Positions 11,639 to 20,600 of a stretch of DNA of 24,280 nt are shown here, one piece after another. Source of the stretch: Acanthaster planci (taxonomy: Eukaryota); NCBI RefSeq assembly GCF_001949145.1, contig NW_019091362.1, positions 806,997 to 831,276 on the forward strand, given 5' to 3'. Position 1 is the stretch's first letter. The number at the start of each line of letters is the position of its first letter. The notes beneath the pieces are model-generated. The model worked only from the letters and a program-made list of their open reading frames with translations. It was not told the DNA's origin and ran no database searches. A program made the position numbers and the translations under genes.

Positions 11639-14600
11639 GTGAGTGATGCATATGGCGACAATGGAGGCCATAGCAGAAAGAAGGGTCCAGGGACAGCACA
11701 GTCTACACCATTATTAGAGGAAAACTAGATTCTTGAATTTCTTTCTCTTCTAAGATGCGATTTGAAATTACATGTACTGGAAACCTTCTTAATAGAAGGA
11801 TGGGTTGGGAAGAATGTGGATTCTCTTCTCTATTATTTTATGTGTACATGGGACATGATGCTCTTTGAAAGTTAAAGCACTGAGTGTTTAGAGGATCCAG
11901 TCTGGCCTTGAGACTGGAGTTTACTCACCAATTTTAACCAAGTATTTACTTCCTAAAAAAGTTCATTTGCATCATTCAGCATGAAGCATGACATTATGAG
12001 CTCCATATTTGTTCTTCTCAATGTATATGTACTTGTAGGTCTCCTGAATGAAGACTTTTTCCTTCCGGACGTTGACCTGCAGAGAGGTCTTGATCTTGCC
12101 AAACGCATCTTAGTCCGACAAGATGATGAAGACGATGTGGATCTATTACACCTGCTACATGTCTACATTCTACCAATCATACGCTTGCATTCAGAGGACA
12201 AGGAACACGTGACTCAGGCCTTGACCAATCAGGTCAGTCCAAGGATGCGTAAAAGTGGTCAACTGTCTCTTCATATTTGTTTTACCTTAGAGGAAAAACC
12301 CCTCTTTTGGGTTTTTGGGTGATCTTTTCCACATACTAAAGAAGGGGTTATTTTGCCTAGCTACATAGCAAGCAAAGAGGTCATTACTTTTACATTTTGG
12401 CGTGTCTGTTTAGAAATCAATGTAAGTATGCTGTGGCAACTACCTGCAGGTTTTATGTAATGAAAAGAACACGGGTTACGCTCAGTTCCGGGTCTGTTCA
12501 GAACATCCTGGGCAAAAAGAGTGGTGATGGGAACCAGGCAATAAATACAAAAACTTATGTACCGGTACCTAGACAGTATCATCGGTACACTTTAAGCAGC
12601 ATTGTACATGTATACCAGGAAATGTTCCGCATTGACAAATGTGGTCAGTCAACAGCTAGGGGGGTCAGTCATGAATTGAGTTGCGCCATGTTACATGTGT
12701 GTGGTATGTGGGTTAGGAGAAATGTTTTTGTGTGTCTTTACAGCTTAATTTCAGTCATGAAATGTGAAATAATTACATTTTGAACTATTTTAATTTACAG
12801 AAAGAAGTCTTAGGAGAGCTTGATGCCAAGATTGATAAAATGTCCTGTCAAAGGATACAGATAAAAGAGAACATGAGACGATGGAGAGAGGACATCTGTC
12901 TAGATTTACAATCGGTACACAGTAACAGCTTCCTGAGTAAATTGAAATCCAACATTGTGAATTAAACCCATGATACAATCTTTGCTGTAAATAAGAAGGA
13001 ACACCCAGTTCCATTCAGAATAATTTTGAGGGAACTGGCATTTCATGGAGCTATCAAAAAAAGTGCAAAACTGGATGTTCATTGTGCAATATTCTGGTTG
13101 GTTCTTTAACCACTTGCTGCCAGGTGGTTTGAAAATGCAGTGCACATAATCAGGACTTTTCCAAGATTTTCAGTTTTCAAAATTCTTCAAAAATTCATCA
13201 TTTCAATTAATGGACGTTTACACCCACACAAATTACTGTCTAGTGGCTACTCTATTCTGACAGACAAAATCTATTGACGCCCGAATATTTCAGCCAGGCC
13301 TGCAGCCTTTTTAAAAGTGCCCAGATTGTGCGGTGTTATATAACTTTCTTTTGTTCACGAACCTGGCACAGTGCGCTGCTGACCTCTTTTCAATAGGGGC
13401 CAGATTAGTGTGCCGCGGTGCTGTGTGGCTCATCGCTGTGGTGCTGGAGCACTTTTGTCCCCGGTGGTAATCCGCTCGCTCTCAATGCCCCAAACCGTGG
13501 TATACTGTTTCAAAACAAGGCTGGATTATCTCTATTATTGAAAATGAAAAAATGTCTGTAATGCCCAGCAGCCTGGTCTTTTGTTCCGAGTACGGTCTTA
13601 ATTACAAGACCCAGTTCCCTTTGTCCCATTTCGGGTGGCCCGGCTTCGTGTATAAAGCCTACGTGCTCAAAAACGGGCCCCCCGGCAGCAAGTGGTTAAA
13701 GTGAAGGCCTCTGTTGACCTGTGCTTTTAAAATTGAATGGGTTGGAAGAGGTAATGATACCTGAGTTTCTAGGTTTATTCTTTTGGTTGCATGTCGTGTG
13801 AGTGAGAAGTTTGTATTCATTGGAAGAAGTCAGTTTTATTGTACAGTATTTATAAATGTTTATTAATTAATGTATTTCTGACATGTAATGAAATCTTATG
13901 AGGTTTAAATTGCCCAAGCAGATTCGGAACTGTGGAGAAAAATAATGATTCATTATTTTTTACATTTAGGAAAAGGCAATCGTCTCTTGTAACACCGCAT
14001 TTCTGAAAATTCTTTGTGAGCATCTGAATGAAGATATCCGCAATTCATACGTTGAGGTGAGAATGAAAACCACAAATCATGAGTGTGCCTTTTACGGATT
14101 GTGTGTTTTCCTTAATAAAAGTTCCATTTTTTCTCCAAATGCTAGTGACACTTTGGAAAACAATAAGTTTTTAATCCGATAAGGACTCAATTTTTGTGAA
14201 GTGTTTTAGTGGGAAAATTGCTGGAAAATTTAATGTCCAAAGTAAATTAGCAGAAAAGCCCCCGTTTGCAATCTGCATCATCTGACATTCGGCTTGTTGC
14301 TTGTCTTTGCTACACAGCTCAAATCTGTCAATACAGCTGTACAAAATCATGGTCTTTCCAACCCCAGTATCAACACATTTGCATAGAAGATACCAGATGT
14401 TTCTGAGAGTTTTTAGCTCCTTAAATATTTTTGTGATGACAATTTTTTTGCAGCTGGATAGTTTTCAGAAGAAAGTTGAAGAAGCCAAACTGAAGGTGAA
14501 GAGAAAAGAAGGAAAACATTATCTCAGCCAGCTCAATAAGTGAGTGCCAGAATGACAGAGAAAACTTTTCAGTTATATAAAGAGATGTATGAAGAAGCTG

Positions 14601-17600
14601 TCTTTAGTATGGTTGTTCTACTTGGCATTCGTACTGGGGTACTTTAGAATTAAGATTTTATCTGTGCTTGTATCCAGACTACCAGATTCAAGATTAAGAC
14701 CTCTGATACAAAAGTGTCATTGACTTGACATTGATCACCTCAAACCACAAGGTATTCTTCAAAGCTAACATGCACCAGTGTCTTGCTCCACATTTTTTAC
14801 TCCCACTCAAAGCCATCAGTACTTGGCTGTACTCGGTACTCACAAAATGTGTCTATAGACCCAGACACAGCCTACTTACTCACAGAAAAACGTGAAAAAT
14901 TTATGAGTACGCATGCATTGTGTGAAATAATTGCATTTTAAAGAAATTACTGTTGGCATGCTGTACATCCGACACTGTCATCGCCATCTTCATCATTGTA
15001 ATATGTAACGTATCTATCTTGTGGCTGTCATATTTTGCCTCCTTGATGGCTAACAATTATTTTCTGATCGTATGTGCTGCTTTCATGATTAAACCTTATA
15101 GTCCTTAATCTTCTACCCATTGGAGGATTAAGGACTGTTTGGGTGGAGCTTGTATCTTTCTGAAATGGTTGTTTTGGGGATTTAATTTATTGACATGTCT
15201 CTGTGTTATTGTCTTCTGCAGAGCAAGAATTGAGAGGGATACAATTGCGGAACGCATCAGTAAATCGCTGTATGTCGTGGAGGAGGTTGGATTTATGCTC
15301 AGATTGAGTAGAACACCAGATGAGCAGAAGGTACGACAAAACTTGTCAGGGTGATGAACTAGTCTTTCCTGAATTGATCTGGTCACCTGGCACAGAATTC
15401 TTCCCAGTCTTGGAAAGCCATTCCTGCATCAACCCAGTGACTTGTTCTTTGGTACTATAAAATGTGTAAAATAATTGTGACTTGGCTTGACCTTCAGTCC
15501 TGCTAGTTTGCCGCAGGGAGGAAAAGATTTGATCATCAAAGAGTGACTGTTTGATTGTTTGTCCGTGTTTAGTTATCCGACATGCACCAGGCGTACATTA
15601 AGATCCAAGATGATTGGAAGGAACACACCCAAGAACTGAGAGAGCTCCAGCGGAAGAAGGTGTGGCCATGTTTTGTTTAACCTACTTGTCATTGTGGTTA
15701 TTATCTCTTTGAAATGACAGCTGTGCAAACACAGGTCTTCTGTCCATAGGTGTAACTGACTTTCTGCTGTACTGTAAGGATTCACAACAACCAGATTTCT
15801 GGTGCATGTCTACATTCATTGGGTTATCTACATTGTTGAATATGCATAATTTATGATAAATGCTTGATAGCATGCACTTGAAATAAGACAGTGACACTGT
15901 ATCCTTTGTTCAGAGCTTTGATTTCAGGACTTTTGAGCTAGGACTTTGTGGCATGTTAACCAAACAGCATTCACCATATGCCCTCAAGTAGATTTGGCCA
16001 GTATTGGTGGACTGATAGCACCTTAATGGATTCCTACTCAGAATAACTCTGAACGTACTTCCCACAAAGCCATTCTTTAATTTCATTGTAATCCAAAGCA
16101 TCCGGAATCTAACCTGACACTGTCAAGAAACATGAGATTCTGTAGTTCATCCGAGAATGCATGACATGAACTCACTTTTTTCAAGGGTGTAAAATGCTTT
16201 ACTGCATTCTGTGGTGCTCTTTTTTGAGTTTAACATTTTACAAAAAATGTGAATGTGTTATGGAATGATAGGTGTGTGCCATGAGCGTACGTGAGGCTTT
16301 GGTCAACACTGAGAAAGAGCTCACTGAGGGAAGTCAAACAACAGGGATTGAGATCACCTCTGATGGCATGAAACGACCCACAGATGGTATGCCAATGTTT
16401 AGACTTTGTCAAACTTCATATCACAGGATGCTTGTCAAGACGAGGACTACATGAGAAAGAGATAATGTATATTTACAGAAAATGGTTCTATTTGCATTCA
16501 GTGGGCTAGTTTCTTTTTTTTGGTTTCCTATGTAAGCACACAATTTTGTGTGTGTGTGCTCTTTTATCTTCTGTGCACCGGATTCTTGCATTTCCAAAAG
16601 AGTGAAAGTATCAACTTTAGTCATTTTTCCCAAGATTCATTTTTATTTCCTTTCTGTCACTTGGAGTGTCTTACCAGTATTTTTCAGTATTACATCTACA
16701 ACACAATTCATGCTCCTTTCAAGAGTTAATTTTATCAATGCTGATGGAATTTCAGGCAATTCCTGTTGAAAGACAGCAATAAGTAGAAAGGTTAGCGGTA
16801 GCACCATGCGAAGGAATATACCTCCCTTATGAGTATGTGTGGTTCTGAAAAGAACCGGGAGTATACTCAACGTTTCGGACTGTGTGTGATGAACTAAGCA
16901 AGCAGTCTGATACGTTGAGTATACACCCGGTTCTTTTCAGAACCACACATACTCATAAGAGATATATTCCTTCGCATGGTGCTACTGCAAACCTTTCCAC
17001 TTATTTATTAATGCTGTCATTGAATTATTCAACTATGCAATAGTCCTCAGATTTTGTATTCTTTACTGTGAAATATTTTGGCTTTGATTCAGGTTAAGCT
17101 TGAATCTATGCCAGACAAAATGCAAGAGTTAGTAGCCCTGTCAATCTTTTTTTCTACTTTTTTCACAGTGCTTGGAGAAGCATCCCTGCCAGCTGGCTGG
17201 GAAACATTACAAAGCCAAGTTGCAAAGGTAAAAAGGATGTTTCAAAGACAGACGTATCACATGGGTGTACTATTTTTGTCATATATTGGCCCAGAATGAT
17301 CACATGCTAGGGCGATATATCCACATATCACACTCGATGTGAGACATCTCATTCTGCTGTTAGTACTTGCGCGCACATGAGACAGAAGAGCTTTGGGAAG
17401 TTAGAGAGCGACCGTTGTTGCTCATTTAGTCAGTTTTGTGTGGTACCCATGGTATGTTTTGCACATAGGTTACCAGGGAATTCAATCAATGGTTGCGCTC
17501 ATACAAAAGACTCATTCCCGTCCACGCAGCATACAAGGTAATGCAGGGACTGCTCACCAGACTACATGACATGAACTTGTACTCACTGGGACACGCTCTA

Positions 17601-20600
17601 CTTTCACATTAAAGTTTATGCAATTAAAGAAAGTGAGGGATTAGTGCATTTGCAGATGATATCATTTATGTCTGTCATGTTAATTATACAGTTTTACAGT
17701 AGGCCTGTCATCTTCTGAACTTCTGAAATTCAGAACTTGTTTCTTTGGATAAATTCCTCAGCCTCAGTGTAATTAAGACAGAGGTAAATGTATGACAAAA
17801 CAATTGTTAGCTGCTGTGATGTGGGATAGCACTCTCAGCTTCACCCTGGGGCATTATGCGTCCCTTAGGTGTTCAAAATGTTATATTCCTCACCACAGCA
17901 GTCTTCAATTGTTAACTGATCCATAGATGTTTCCAAAATACTTGCCAAATATTATAAATCAGTCCAAACGTTGAAAACAGACACAGATTTGTCCTTAAAT
18001 AGTTGGAGTGTCTGACAAGATTGTTTAAACTCATTTTATAGAGTCCCTTGACCAAAATAAAATCCATTTTGTGGTTACATTGCTAGTTCATACATTACTG
18101 AAGTAAATTATTGTTGAATAACCTGACAAGAAGCTAATGTACTCAGTAGAATTTGTTTTATTCTTTAAATTGATGAATAACACAACCAACCAACTGATGT
18201 ATAATTGATTTACAGAGTCTGGAGTTTAATCCATCGATACAAGAGATTCACAAGGAATTCAGCTACTGGGTACAGCATTTCTGCGATAAGGAGCTAGCTG
18301 ACCAACATTCCCATTCTAGTTGGAGGGAAAAACTCCCAGCATGCACTGTTCAGTGTACACAGGTAAAAAGAAATCACCTTCATTGTACATGTATCTTTTA
18401 AGTTACATACAAAAAAGCTTTGGTGTGACAGTCGACAGTACAGCAAATTGAATCAACCTCAAAGACACTTACATGAAAACGGATGGAAGAAGTTTTCAAC
18501 CGAAAAAGTCAAAATTGGAGATCATTCTTTTGTTATAAGACGGATTACATCGTCATCATTGAAAAATGTATCCTCCAAAACAATTGCTGAAGATAAATTA
18601 ATACAAGAAGACTTTAAACTTGACATGCTTGTGCATTAGGCATGTTTCAACTTTCTATTGGTTGAATGGGCTCGTGAACTCACGTGCACCACATGACCAC
18701 AGCCCGGGTGCCAACCCGGTAATGGCTTCTTATAGTCCAGTTAACTCATGTGTACTACCTGTCCACAGCCAGGGTGCCACCCCAGTAATGGCTTCCAACA
18801 GACATGTTTACTCATTTATACTACCTGTCCACAGCCAGGATGCCACCCCAGTAATGGCTTCCAACAACTCATGTGTACTACCTGTCCACAGCCAGGGTGC
18901 CACCCCAGTAATGGCTTCCAACAACTCATGTGTACTACCTGTCCACAGCCAGGGTGCCACCCCAGTAATGGCTTTCAACAGTCATGCTAACTCACTTGTA
19001 CTACCTGTCCATAGCCAGGGTGCCACCCCAGTAATGGCCTCTAAATCTTACGCTGAACTAGTCCATTGAAAAACAGGTATTAACCCTCGAGAGGGCATTT
19101 AACCTTCTAGGCATTTCTTTGTCTTGCACTTATGAAGGTTGTGATTTTCTTGAACTTTACTACAGGTTGAAGAATCAGGCAATGTCACATGTCTGAAGAT
19201 ATCTCCAGATATCAACCGAGTGCGGCAGAGTATCAAGACAAAAATGCCTGGTACCCACTATCAGGGACTGACAAGAGAGCTGCAGAATGAAATCGTAATT
19301 CATTTCCGAGAGGCAAGTCCTAGGAGGTCTAATTCAGGGACATAGCACCGTCACTTGGGGGAAGGGAGGGGAGGTAGATTTGAAAAAGGCATTTACAAAT
19401 CTGTGGTAAGAAGTAGGTGGGCTTTTTCACAAGTCGCCCAATCTCCATGAAAGCAAAAAATGGGAGGGGGAATCACCACATGTCCAATGTGCTTGATGTC
19501 AGGGAATAGCACGCATGAAAAATGGGCATGAAATAGCACATAGTAAAATCACACTGGTGAAAAAGAGCCCTTGCTACAAAATATTTTGGGGTAAACCAAA
19601 TGTCCCCCCCTACCCGATGCTACCTCCATCGACTCCTCTTGTGCCTGTCATGCCTCAGTTTCAGTTCCTTTGAGAGAGTGAGCTTGAACTGCATTTTTAG
19701 TCACATCGGATTTGTTTTTAACCCCTTCGTGCCGGGAAGCGGTAAGAGCCGCTGTAAAAATTTAAAACCAACGACACATTACATGTAACTACTGGCGCTT
19801 GATCGAACTTGCCTGGGATATCCTGAGCAGAAGACACTCCAACTTGGAAGTGTTACACTTTGGAAAGTTGTGCAAATGTTATCCAAAATGAAATTTGAAC
19901 CACTGTCAGCATTGTGCATTTTGGAAATCATCTGGTGGCTCTGAGAAACACTGTTGCATTTTGATGTGGTCCTTCCTCATCCCTAACACTTGGTCTTTAT
20001 TCAATTGACAGGTTGTAGATGAACTAGTCAAAGACCATGCTGTCCCTTCGACATGCTTCTCAAGACTCTGGACGTGTTACGAGAGGTGTTTCTTTTCTTC
20101 CAAGAGTCGGGACATCCTGCGACTTTATGAGGTCAATTATCTGGAAAGCAATTTCTTCAGTCAGTAGCAACAGCATTTTGTTGGGGTTTGAGCTCCATGT
20201 CAGAAAAAGAGATGTGGAGTGTATGTATGCAGCAATGACATCTCCTTGGTGGGCACACTGTCTGCAGGTTCAAGCATGTCAGTGCGGGCCGTGCTGAGCA
20301 GTTTTCACTGTGCGCTAAGGGTGCCTAGTTGACACAGTGCGCACAACCCCCTTTGATCTCTGCCAATGAGGGGGTGCTTCTGCACAGAGTGGACACTGAA
20401 TGCTGAAGCTTTGTGGTTAATCCTTGAGAACATGTACAGAAGAAGTATGTGTACAACATGAGTTTGGCATTACCACTATGTTTGTTGTGATGACATGAGA
20501 TGGAGGATGAGATAAGGAATCCTCAACCAATTTTAAGGCGTAGCGTTGTAAAGCAAAGAATCTCCGAAGTCTTTTGAAGCAAGATATTGGAGGGAGAGAA

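Noticed and set aside
17186..17203. LPAGWE resembling the start of a WW domain
   Set aside because: The following residues lack the aromatic doublet, NH and the second W-x-x-P.
18677..19041. CRISPR-like repeat array
   Set aside because: Units are contiguous tandem copies without unique spacers; eukaryotic intron, no cas genes.
19718..19800. Second piggyBac-like end (TTAA CCCCTTCGTGCC)
   Set aside because: No matching opposite TIR found, so it cannot be delimited or supported.
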